From NCBI GenBank assembly GCA_010909165.1, contig MU008159.1, forward strand, positions 868,001 to 932,000: DNA of 64,000 nt. The letters are read 5' to 3'. The DNA comes from Anthoceros angustus (taxonomy: Eukaryota > Plantae > Anthocerotophyta). The position numbers and the translations under genes were made by a program. A model generated the notes under the pieces. It had not been told where the DNA came from. It saw only the letters and a program-made list of their open reading frames with translations, and did not search any database. Positions 36,476 to 48,117 of the stretch are shown here, piece after piece. Each line of letters begins with the position of its first letter. Positions within the stretch are counted from its first letter, which is position 1.

Positions 36476-37636
36476 GGCACCCCTCGTGCTAGTTTGCCTT
36501 AATCATAAGAACGATGTCGAAACCATCACACCTCGGTGGCTGAATGCCGTCCAGACATCGTTTGAAGACGAAGGTAGCAAGGCTATCAGGCTCTCCATGT
36601 ATCATGTGGTGCCCTCGACAACCAGCATGTATTTGCTCCTTTGTACGTAAAGCTTCTGCCACATTATTGCTAAGAAAGTGAGTGATGTAGATGGTGAAAC
36701 GAGGTTGGTTCCTTAGTCTGTGCCTAGCATCCTTCTTCCGGGTCCACGGAAAGTTCTGTCCGGGAAGCCCACGTGAACGGTCGAGCGGCCACCGTGGGAT
36801 TGCAAGAGGTACGTGACAGGGTTGGGCCGGTGTGAGGTGTGAACCGATCATGGGGCAAGCCAGAGGGATCGATTCCCAGCTGCATGCGAAAGCTTCGATC
36901 TGATGAGACCAGGGGAGATGGCTTGGATGCCTGCCAAGCGTGGCTGGAGAGGAGCCGCATCCGTATGGGACAATTGCGGAGACTACACAACAATACTTGC
37001 CTCGCCAGCACATGGCGTCCCCATGATGTTCAGAAGCTGGCCAGTGTCGCAGTTTGTTTTGCTTTTCCGTGATCTCAAGTTGCCTTTACAGCCAACAGCG
37101 GAAAGCAGTGGGGTCATCTTTCTGTCCTCGATATCGACCTGTACTCTAGTCGTTACCACAAACGATGCATTTATGTCACGATAACTTCAGAAGAGTTTGG
37201 GCTCTTCAGAGGAAGCACTTGAAGTTGAAGGAGTTCTGCACTCCCCTGGTGCGATAAGCTCTGCCTTTGCTGGGACCAGTGACCCATTTCCCTAATTTCA
37301 TGATGTCTCGACATATAGGAAACGAGAAGCCTTGAAGAACGGAACAACGCCTGCATGTAATTTGAGAGGCAGCCATCAAGACCGGATTGTGCTGCCCAGC
37401 GCTTATCTACCTCTCCAGCCACAGAAATGACAGTGGAGTGTTGTCTATGAATCTGCTAACGTGGAGAGCGAAAACGCCTTCACCGCAGCTAATTTCACAG
37501 ACCGTGATCTGACACTACCTACACCGGCAGAGGCGGAAGAGCCAAGAGGGAGGCTGACGCAAGCGAGGAAATGCGGAGCCAGTTCCACTCGGTAGCCGTG
37601 TGAAAGGGGGCTCACCTTTCCCCTTCAGCTGAATGG

Positions 37637-37643
37637 TATAAAA
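37637..37643 (+). promoter_or_regulatory. Putative TATA box of the germin-like gene
   Basis: TATAAAA ~80 bp upstream of the ATG at 37723. Confidence 0.5.
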
Positions 37644-37722
37644 CCGAGCTTCGCTGCCAGTTCCTACAGTCGCTGCCTGCCGAACTGTGGCGATCGCCGA
37701 GACATCAACCATTCAGGCTACA

Positions 37723-38364
37723 ATGGCTCCCCGGCTCTTCCTGTTCATGTTTGCAGCCATTGCCGCAGCGGGCTGCGTCCTGGCCGGGCCGGATAACATC
37801 AGCGATTTCTGCGTTGCGGATCTCAATGTGTCACTCATTTTCGACATCTTCGCGTGCAAGCCGGTGGCGAGCGTGGTGGATGCGGACTTCAAATTCCCGC
37901 TCGTCCCCGGCGTGCCTGCAGGCCGGCTGGGCATCGCCCTCAGCCCCGCCTTCGCAGCACAGTTCCCGGCCCTCAACACCTTCGGCCTGTCGGCCGTGAG
38001 AATCGACTTCGCCAAGGGCGGGCTGGTGCCTCCCCACAGCCACCCCCGCGCCAGCGAGATCTTCTACGTGCTCAAAGGGACCGTCCTCTCGGGCTTCGTC
38101 TCCTCGTCCGGGCAGCTGTACCAGCAGGAGGTGAAAGCCGGCGAGCTCTTCTTCTTCCCCGCCGGCCTCATCCACTTCCAGACGAACGTGGGGAAAGGCA
38201 GGGCCAAGGGATTCTCAGCCCTCTCCAGCCAGAACCCCGGCGTGCAGCTGACTGCCAGCGCCCTGCTGGCTTCCACTCCCCCGATCAGTGACGCCATACT
38301 TGGCCAGGACCTCGGCCTCAACCCGGCTGAAGTGGCTGCTTTGCGCACAGCCTTCGCGTCCTAG
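37723..38364 (+). CDS. Germin-like protein (cupin), secreted, intronless
   Basis: Hydrophobic signal peptide, DFCVAD box A, germin motifs GLVPPHSHPRASEI and GELFFFPAGLIHFQTNVG, and LSSQNPG. Confidence 0.95.
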   Translation: MAPRLFLFMFAAIAAAGCVLAGPDNISDFCVADLNVSLIFDIFACKPVASVVDADFKFPLVPGVPAGRLGIALSPAFAAQFPALNTFGLSAVRIDFAKGGLVPPHSHPRASEIFYVLKGTVLSGFVSSSGQLYQQEVKAGELFFFPAGLIHFQTNVGKGRAKGFSALSSQNPGVQLTASALLASTPPISDAILGQDLGLNPAEVAALRTAFAS

Positions 38365-39087
38365 GCCTTGGCTGGAGTTGCTGCAGCTGTAGCGCTAGCA
38401 CTTCAGCAATGTCTTGTGTTCTGTCTGTCAGTTTGATGAGCATCACACCGGTTCACACACAGCGGTTGTGATCACGGATTGCCCAGCTTCGAAGCAGCAA
38501 GCCCTGGGCAATGCAAATCTTTGACAATACAATACATATCCAGGTGTTAGAAGCTCTGGCAGTTTCCATTGTTCCAGTCTCGTCTTGCTGTCTCCTGTAG
38601 CCAACACTGAAAGACTCGTTCCAAGCTAGTGGTGGCGTTACATCCCCCAGTTTTGTGGCCTGTTTCAATAAAGGAATCCTGCAGGAATGTGTGTGTTCCT
38701 CATGCCTGGCAAAGAACACCATCGACATATTCCAGTGTAATTTGCACTTGCTTATCAGGCTGCAGAAGGTGCTTGAAGTTCATCGTCGTATCACAAAGGT
38801 GAAGCGCAAAACCCACGTATCAGGATACGGATGGTGGCCTACAGATATTCGCACGATGTGCGCTTGCAATGGGCATATTATTATCGGCCTTCACAAATTC
38901 CTCACAAAACTGGCTAAATGTCGGGCTGCTCCAGCTGCGGAACTGTCTTATCTGGCGGACCGTAAACTGTGCGGCGTGATCTAATTTGCCAGGAATCTGC
39001 TACATCCCGATGGTGGACGAGCTGAAAGGAGGAGGAGTTACCTGCTGCAGAACTGGGTGATGCAGTACCCTCTCTGGTGGTGCCCCG

Positions 39088-42000
39088 ATGCGCTTACCGG
39101 TCTTGCGGCCTTCAGAGGCCTGCAGCTTCGTTGGGATACCGGGTTATGGAAGACTCTGCAAACGGCAGCGTGCTGGTTGGGGGATGGTTGTTTGCTCTCG
39201 AGCTGAGTCCAGGATGGACCGACAATGGGTGCTGGCGGTGGATGTAGGCACGGGGGGCAGTAAGGCAGCGATTGTCTCTTCTAAAGGAGTTGTAGTAGTG
39301 GCAGCATTCTCTCCTCATCCTGCTCCTGCTCCATCTTCTCTGTGAGTGTGTTGTTGTTGTTTTGCGTTGCTGCAGAATTTGAATGCATTGCCGACGAATC
39401 CCATTCGTTAAACAATTTGTTTGACCCACAGGGGAGGTCCAAACAGCTTAGAGCAGGACCCAGAGTGTTGGTGGTCAGCGACCACAATGGCTGTAAGGTC
39501 CTGCATGCTGAGCCCGCAAGCAACAGAGCTGGGCATTAGAGATGCTCATCTTGGGGCCATTGCTGTTACAGGGCAGATGCAAGATGTGGTGATCGTCCGA
39601 CCAGTAAGTGGTACTACACTTGTGGAGTTCTGTAGGCCCTTATCAGTTGTAGAAAGCTCGTTTGAAATTACCTTTGTAGCTCATAAGCTGTTGCATTACA
39701 GGAAGAGTCTAGTGACAGTGAGCTGCATCGCAGTAGGAGCCATGCAATCCTCTACTCTGACACTCGTGCCGCTACAGAAGCTGAAGAGGTTTCACAAAAG
39801 TTCTGAGTTCGAATGTCTAGTTGCTTGTGAGGTCAACAAGGAACGTGAATTAGGGTATGAAATGGTCTTGACACTGATTGGACGTCTAGATTGTGACGCT
39901 GGCCGGGAGTTCAGCACTGCTTACGTCAATCACAGGTTCCCCTCAAGGTGCAGCAAGGTGCGGTGAGGAAAGAGTAATGGCTTTAATACTTTGGTGCTCT
40001 CAAGGGCGGAAAGGCTGTTGAGCTTGCTCTTGATTTTGTTTTTTTGGTGGTGAAATACCCAGCTTAGATTTGTTCTGATAGCTGATTTTGGCCGTGCAGC
40101 CTCTTGGCAAAGCTCCGTTGGCTGGACAAGCACACGCCCAAGGCACTTAGCGAAGCTGATAAACTGTTGTTTGGAGGGTGAGACGAAGACGTCATATTTT
40201 CAGTCTTCATCGTTCCTTACTGCTGAGGTTTTCTCTTGCAGGCATGATTATCTGGTCAGTCTTGGTTTCCTAGATTCTGTTTTGTATTCATTTGCAGGCA
40301 TGATTACGTGGTGTGGAAGCTATGCGGTGCAGTTGTGACAGATGCTACTACAGCCTCTACCACTGGGCTAACAGATAGGTCGTTTCAGGTTTGCCACGTC
40401 TCTGCTCTCAGGGGTTTGCAGCTTGCTTCTCTCAACCGTCTGACTGTGTTTTGAATTCCCTTTCTGCAGTATGCTCATGAAATGCTGGATCAGGTGGAAC
40501 TGGGTCAGTGGCTGAATCATTTTCCAAGAATTCATCCTGATGATGTCCCTTGTGGTAGGCACCCTGCATTTGACCGTAATCACACTGTGAAGTCGCATGC
40601 GTCGCTTTTTTCAGCTTGTTTGCACTCTCAAAACAGGAGAGGTTAGTAAATCTGCCGCCCAGAAGTTGGGTCTTGATGGTCTGCAAGGAGTTCCTGTGTT
40701 CCACTGTTGTGGGGACGTTGGTGCTTGTACCCTCGGGTAAGAACCTCCTTCCTGGTTCGCTGCATAATCCATCTCAGAAATACAGTGTGCTAAGTCCAGA
40801 CTTATGGTTTCAGTGCTGGAGCAGGAGTGCCTGGACCATTGTATGCATACATCGGCACTTCCGGGTATTGCTACTACTGATCACGGTGTAACTTAGCTTG
40901 AGGTGAATAGCAGCAGCAACTAAGTGTCAACGTGTTTTCCTCACTCGCACTTTTGACACTCTTCAAACAGTTGGGTTGGTGCTTCCTTTCCACGATTTCA
41001 AGAGCAGACTGAAACAGTGAGTTTACTATACTGCGTTCAAAATGCTGGACGTTAACACAGAGCTTCAGGTTTGTTTCATAATAATGATAACGTTCTTGAT
41101 ACATGCAGGTCTTTAGTCCTGGAGTCTTTACCTTGGGACACCCAGATCCTTCGACGGTTTTCAGAACCGGTAGCGTATTAAGATACTCTTTGCGCAGTTT
41201 GCTGACGGACCTGCAGGGACTTGTCTCACCAGATGGTGGCGTCTACAGGTTCCATAATGACAGCTGGTGGGAATGTACAGTGGGCAGTATCGAATATAAT
41301 GCATAATTCTGGAAGTGGGGTTCAAAATCAGCTTACAGTCTACCGCAGCGCATAATATCCCATTGCTGTCTTCACACACAGCCTTGATTGCTGAAATGGT
41401 GCTCATGTTGGCAGTTTCAATTGGAGCTGCCTTGCAGCAGTTTGACGAGCTGGCCGTCTCGGCACCGATAGGAAGTGGAGGGGTACTTTATCTGCCTTAC
41501 TTAAATGGTATGACTACTTCATCCCGTTGTTCAGTTTGGAGTTCCCACCTGCAAAGGCGCGTTGTAACCTTCTTTCGCACATTTTAGAAACTGCTGGAAA
41601 CATTTTTCTCGTTGTATGTGATTCAGCACTAGGAAGCTCATCACCTCATTTTGTGTCTTCCTGAGCAGGAGAACGTTGCCCTTTTGATGATAGCACTGCG
41701 CGTGCATCTTTTATTGGGATTTCCGCTTCAACCACAAAAGCGGAATTGTTCCGTGCGGTACTGATCAACAACCTGACGTCCTGAATTTGTTGCTTCAAAG
41801 TTGCCCCTGTCATCAGCTTGAACTGCACTGGCACTCATTCCACGTACGCACAGGTGTTGGAGGGCACTTGTTTTGCTATCAGATCAGCGCGGGATGCATG
41901 TATAGGAAGTCACTGCGATGGTAAACCTCTTTAAACTCTGCAAAAATCAAGGCACGCCTATTCCTTCTCTCGACCATGACTACCTACAAGTTAACACTTT

Positions 42001-42625
42001 ACGTTACCGTGTGTTACAGGATCGAACCTACCTCCACTGCGCCTGGTCGGAGGTGGGGCTCTGTAAGTTTCTCATCCATGTGTTTAGCAAAGCTAGTCCT
42101 AAGGTGCCTCCTTGTTACACGCCTGTTCAACTTTTTCTTCGTTGCTTGATGTCGCTGTTTCTTTGTAGATCTACATTGTGGCCGGTCATTCTCGCTGATA
42201 CTTTGAACCAGACGGTGGAGGTACAGGTAGCCCCGCAGGTACGAGCTGGATAAGTCAATTGACATGCAACCACGGCGAGAAGGAAGGCCCATTGAATTTG
42301 TAACTCGTCTTGGCAGGAGGTTGGAGTCAAAGGAGCAGCCCTTTTAGCAGGAAAGTCGCTTGGCTGGCACAGCTCTTTAAGCCCTGGAGGTGAGACAATT
42401 TGAGGGAACTCAGGATAAAGTGCTGACCTTTCCCGGGGGTGAGTGGTCGTGCTGATGTTTGTGGTGGTGATGTCTGCAGGTGATTGGACCCAAGTACAGC
42501 GCGTAGTTGAACCCTCTTCCTTGGCTTCTGACTTGTACAATTCCTTGTACACTACATACTCTCGAGCACATGACGATATGCAGATCATATTTCAGAATCT
42601 ATCAGCCTTCAAGGCCAAAAAGTAG
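39088..42625 (+). CDS. FGGY-family carbohydrate kinase (xylulokinase XylB-like), multi-exon, with N-terminal extension
   Basis: LAVDVGTGGSKAA, EQDPECWW, AVTGQMQD, HDYVVWKLCG..TDATTASTTGL, YLPYLNG, RAV/LEG, WPVILADTL, GAALLAG, C-terminal VEP..LYNSLY..Y. Confidence 0.8.
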
Positions 42626-42735
42626 TACAGAGTCTCTGAACGATGACCACACTTGACACAGATCTACCTGGTTCTCTCAATTGAGACTGCAGTACGTAAA
42701 TCCCATGCCGAAGAACTAGTATGCCTTTAATTGGC

Positions 42736-44006
42736 TCAAAGTTTGCTGCGCGGTCGGCCTGCAATTCCAACATCCTTGCTTTGCCTTTCCACTCTTCTAG
42801 ACTCCTGACGTGCACCCTCCCTTGACAACAAGGCCGGAGGCTTGCTCAGCCAGCTCCCGCCGTCTACCACAATTGTTTCACCGGAGATCCATTCGCCACC
42901 GCTTGTCTGAGAACAAAGGCATCAACACATTAGATTGGCACTCAGTTAGTGACTTGTTGAAGAGGCAGCAACTTGACATGGGGTTACCGCAAGAAACACA
43001 GCACACATGGCAATGTCCCATGTTGTGCCCAGCCTTTTCAGTGGGATCATGTCCGCCGAATCTTTCAACTTCAACCCCACACTTAATTTCTCAAAGCCTG
43101 CAGTATCGCCAATCGGCCCGGGAGCTATGCCCGTAACTCTGATTCCATATTCCCCCCACTCGAGCGCCAAACTCCTCGTAAGACTGTCAATAGCAGCCTG
43201 TCTTGCAAAAAGCAGCTACAAGATGTTGTGAAACCACCAAATGCATTTCACCACTCAAGTATGTAAACAACCCTTTCCTATCCCAACCTTAGCAGCAGAA
43301 GCGTGGGATTGATACCAAGTAGCCCCATAATGCAGGGTTGCAGAGATGTTCACAATCAGCCCTCCTCCTGCTGCCCTGAGGGCCTCAAAGGCAGCCCGGC
43401 ACATGTTGAAGGTGCCGACGGTGTCGATTTCAAGCACTGTCAGGGGTTTCACCACTCTTCCTCGATGAGAACAGCACCAAGGTCATCGTGGAAGCAGAAT
43501 CACAAGTCACAAACAAACGCAGAGCATCATGATGCACACCTGTCCTAAAACCCTTGGTTGAAAGGCTGTCAGCAGGAACCAAGAAGTTGCCAGCTGCTGC
43601 ATTCACGAGGATGTCTAGCCGTCCGAATTTGGAGAGCGCAGTCGCAACAGCTTTATCCGCATCCGCTTCAGATCGCACTTCCCCTTGCGAGACCTCCACC
43701 TAAGGGAGTACCAGTAGCCACACCAGTGAGCTCCCACTACCACTTGTGGTCACATAAGGGTTGCGACCGGAGCAAACGTTTCACCTGGATACCCTCATCT
43801 CTGAGCGCGTTGGCAGCCTGGTGCAGGACGTGCAGGCGGCGTCCCACGAGAACCAATTGCGCTCCATGCAAACCGAGCTGCCGAGCGATTTCGTAGCCGA
43901 TTCCCGAGCCCCCGCCCGTGACCAAAGCTACTCTGCCTCCTACCACATTCCTGGCAAAGGGACTGAGACGGGCAACCGCAAGCTCGGTTCCAGCGCCTTC
44001 CGCCAT
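42736..44006 (-). CDS. DECR: Peroxisomal 2,4-dienoyl-CoA reductase (SDR), multi-exon
   Basis: VALVTGGGSGIG, GRLDILVNAAAGNFL, IDTVGTFNM, ISATLHY..WYQSHASAAK, LALEWG..IAPGPIGDT, and C-terminal SKL* (PTS1). Confidence 0.93.
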
Positions 44007-45544
44007 TCCTGGCAGGGACAGGCGAATAATGGGCAACGCCCATTTTCTGGCCTGCACCTCGTCGGGAAACGAGACACGTTGTTGGTGGTGCTTCAAATGT
44101 TCCTTCCTAATATCTTTACTAGGGGTCGAGGACCCATGTACCGCCTAGTTTCTACCGTCCTCGTTTTGACCGGACAGGGAGCGGTGTCTGTTACATCTAA
44201 CACCCCGTTTCCCCGTTTTAGCCAGATTTTAATTATTTTTATATATTAGTTGAATAATGGAGCCTGCTATCTACCATGGGCATTGCACACACCATGAGGT
44301 TGCAGCTAATTATGTACATAGGCTCAAGCACAGGAGTGAGAGCTTGGAATTCTACCTTTGAACAAGAAACCTAGGGAGTCCTTAAGCTATGTTTCTTTGT
44401 TGACCAACATGATGCTTGTGAGTACAAGTGGGGAAGCTGGAGTTGCTGGATCTTGTGCTGTTGGCATTATGTATTGCCGACCAGGAGAGTTTAAAGAAAG
44501 CAAAAGTTGGGCCTCTGCCTAGAGTCACCCGAAGCATATAGGCTTCCAAGAGGTTTGGGATACGTCCTTACCAGCTCATTGATAGTTTTATTTCCCAGCC
44601 AGAGACAAGAGGTCACAGCCTCTTGCTTGTTGTGCCTGCTAGCAATTTACACATGTAGGCAAGTTACATATGTTGTGCCAAGTTGGTAGACATCCAAGAC
44701 TTAATATACTTGGCATGTTGGTTCCAAAAATATGTGATGTTGAGATAGGTAATGCTTCCCCACCACTTACCGGCCCAATGTTAATGTTCGAACCACTAGA
44801 AACTCTATTGGTTGATGTTGTTGCTTGCTTCTCAAGAGCCGTAAAAGACTCAGTGGTAGGAGAAGAGCGGATTGCTAGATAGTTGGTTTGGATGTGTTAA
44901 CATTACTACTCAAGCTGGAAGTGTAGGAAGCTCAAAACTTGTATTTAGCCGGTTAAGTTCCCGGGCTGTAGTCTGGCCTTGTAATGCACATTACAAGGCC
45001 TTGATCTGTCATATAAATATATATATGTGTGTATATATATATGGCCATAACACTATAATGATATATTATACACGTACTTTTGTGTTTGACATGGGTTGAC
45101 ATGCTCACATAGGAGGTGCTTGTGTATACTCTTCAACATATGAGTAGCAACCTCGAATTTGCAACAAGGTGCACACATATGAGCTAAGCTTGAGATACCT
45201 ATACATATAAATAACCAAACAGAGAGAGCTTTTTATCATTATAAAAGGGGGATTTGTGGCGGTGCAGGACTGCCACGGATCATATGCCGGCTGACTATTA
45301 TGATCCATATCATATATGACTATATGATCTCGCTGACTTATAAATTTAATCTCGATCATATAATATATATATATATATATAATAAAATATTAATTTTATA
45401 AATATTTTATATTAAGTAATCATATGTTGAGGTTGAAGAAGGTTTTGTTGTCTTTCAAACACCTCTAGGGATTGGTTGGAATTATTATGGTCTTGCCAGA
45501 TGCGCCGCCATAACCCCTTGTGCTATCTACCCAAGCACGTCACC

Positions 45545-45696
45545 GTAGCCATCTCCGGCTTGGGTAGCCATCTCCGGCTTGGGTAGCCATCTCCGGCTTG
45601 GGTAGCCATCTCCGGCTTGGATAGCCATCTCCGGCTTGGGTAGCCATCTTCGGCTTGGGTAGCCATCTCCACCTTAGGTAGCCATCTCCACCTTGG
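45545..45696. repeat. 19-bp tandem repeat x8
   Basis: Unit GTAGCCATCTCCGGCTTGG. Confidence 0.95.
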
Positions 45697-45859
45697 GGAG
45701 CCACCTTGGCCTTGTGTTCTCACTACCCAGGTGCGCCGCACCAACCACCTTGTGTTGTCATTAGTGCCGCACCAGCCACCAAGTGGTGTCACTAGCCTTT
45801 GTCTACCAAAGTAACCTTTGAGTAGATCTCTATACTCGAAGCATCCTTTTCTCTGAGAC

Positions 45860-45962
45860 GGAGATACTTCTGAGCTGAAAGAAACAGAGGAGGAGATACT
45901 TCTCAGGGAGGGGAGATACTTCTGAGCTGAAAGAAACAGAGGAGGAGATACTTCTCAGGGAG
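45860..45962. repeat. ~52-bp direct duplication
   Basis: GGAGATACTTCTGAGCTGAAAGAAACAGAGGAGGAGATACTTCTCAGGGAG twice. Confidence 0.9.
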
Positions 45963-46857
45963 GAACTTCTGTATCGGGCAGAGGAACTTCTCTTCCGCCC
46001 TTCTGTGCCGGGCGGACTTATTGTGGGCGATTCCGTCTACCTTGAAATGATTTTCAGCCTTGAATTTGCTTGAAAAGTGTTTGATTTCTCTCTTGAAATC
46101 CACCTGAAGAAAGAAAGACTTGTCTTGGAAGGTTTTGGGGATTCGTGTGCAGGGTAAGAATCATCCCTCTACTTATATTATATCCATGTTCAGTTACATA
46201 AAATTAGGTTGTATGTGAGAGAGATGGAGGTGGTATGGAGTGGGTTGTGTAAGTTGTTAGGTTATTGTTACTCTGTTTGGATGAAGAATTTTGCTGACCA
46301 AACAATGCATAGGGAGGAGCATTTCCGTAAGCCGAATGGAGAGAACTTGAAATTGACTCACTTATTGGTATTGTCCCTGCTGCCCATGTCACCTAACATC
46401 CTGTCTGTATGGGAAGCAGGAGGGGGAAAGGTCTGCAGGAGCAACAGCTGCATCCCGGGGTGGTGGGAAACTTTTACTTTTCTGAATCGGCTGTACAATG
46501 GCGAGCAGCATAAACCAGGCGCTTGCGCGAAGGCAGCCTGAACAGAGCACCGGGTACGCTAATTAAATACTGGAATTCATGGGAATCTTGTTGCCTGAAG
46601 TGTAAGAATCGCACATGCGGGTGTGTGGAAGAATAATGTATTGAAAGCTGCTGCTCTGTTTGCCTTAAGCTTGCCTTGTTTTATGTGTTGCCGTCTGAAG
46701 TTTTGCTGGCTTAGCCTCAAGGCTCTAGCTAAAGCTCATGGTGTGTGACTGTGTGCAATGGCGATAGCAGACACCCGGATCACTACACCACTACGGCAGA
46801 TGTATTTAAGTTTTTCCCAAATGTGGATGAGAAAAGAAGAATAATTGCACAAGTCAA

Positions 46858-48117
46858 ATGCTCCGAAGTACCGATCTCAATTGGGCTGTAAGTGCCAGAT
46901 TGCAGAACCCTGTATGTACGTATGTGTTAGGGTCGTGGCAGGCTAATAATGTGTCTCGCCACGTGCAAATTACAATGCGCAGGCCTGCGAAACTGGATTG
47001 CATTGAATGGAGACTGGCCGTTGAAGTAGCTAAAATCACAATGCCCAGGTTCGTGCTGGGGTCACCCAACGACAGTCGACGTTCCGAATGGTCCCGGTTC
47101 CTTGCGCACCTTCGGGGGGCGAACATGGTGGCTGTGGTACGCATACGAGATGATCTGTATGCCTATTTGAAGCCTTTGATGACAACGGCAGATGTGTGGC
47201 CATTCTTTAAAGATCCAAGGCCAAGGGGCGACGCCGGACCGAGTCGTGTTGGCTCTCAGCCGCCCTATGGAGGGACGATCACGCGGATCCGTTGCCCTCA
47301 AGTCCCAGTTTCCATCCAGCTGTAAGTGCTATTTGATTGTCGAATTGGTGAGTGGGTGATTGAGATTGCCCAAGGTAACGTTGTGGCAAGCTAACAATCT
47401 GTTACGACATGTGCAATGTGCAGTCCCGCGGTGCTGCATTGCGTTGCATGGAGACCGGCCACTCAAGTCGACGTAACCAACATGTGGAGCTTCGTGCTTC
47501 ACCCGGAGCACAGTAGAGAACCCGAATGGCTCAGGTTCTGTGCGTACCTTCGACTCACGGACCTTGCGGCTGTGGTACCTATACAATATGATCTGAGTGC
47601 CTATCTCAAGCTAATCTCTTGCGAGCCGCTCCAGGACGAAGTGTGGGTCTTCCTTAAGGATCTGTCCACTGAAGCTGCCAATGCTGGCGCTCCAAGGCCA
47701 CGGGACTACGCCAGGCCCGGGGTGAGTATACTGTCTTGGCCCCCGCCCTTCAGCCGCCTCATGCTCCAAAATTGGGGGCCGGGCCCCCAGAGCAACAGCA
47801 GGCCTCTCAGGATTGCGGATGCAGAGGTGGGCGATAGTAGTACTCACAGTGCGAGTCCCCGCCCCCACTCTGGCTCCCGGAGCCCAGAAGGAGGAGATGT
47901 GGGCGCACACCCAGTATGGGAATCGGATGGCCCCCAGCTGCCCGAGGCTCCAAGAGGGCCCCCTCAGCAGCCTGCAGGACCTTTATCGCAACAGCAAGCC
48001 TCTCGGCCTTCCAGGTCCAGACTTCGGCGCTCACATTGGGATTCCCCTCCCCCGTCCCTGTCCCAGGGGCCGGGGCCGAATGCGGAGGGACAACAGCAGA
48101 ACCGATTGCATGGGTAG
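46858..48117 (+). CDS. Uncharacterised gene or pseudogene with two tandem homologous modules (weakly SPOC/ACID-like) and a Pro/Ser-rich tail
   Basis: Module 1 ...EWSRFLAHLRGANMVAVVRIRDDLYAYLK; module 2 ...EWLRFCAYLRLTDLAAVVPIQYDLSAYLK. The same GTAAGT donor precedes each. Tail RRSHWDSPPP. Confidence 0.45.
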
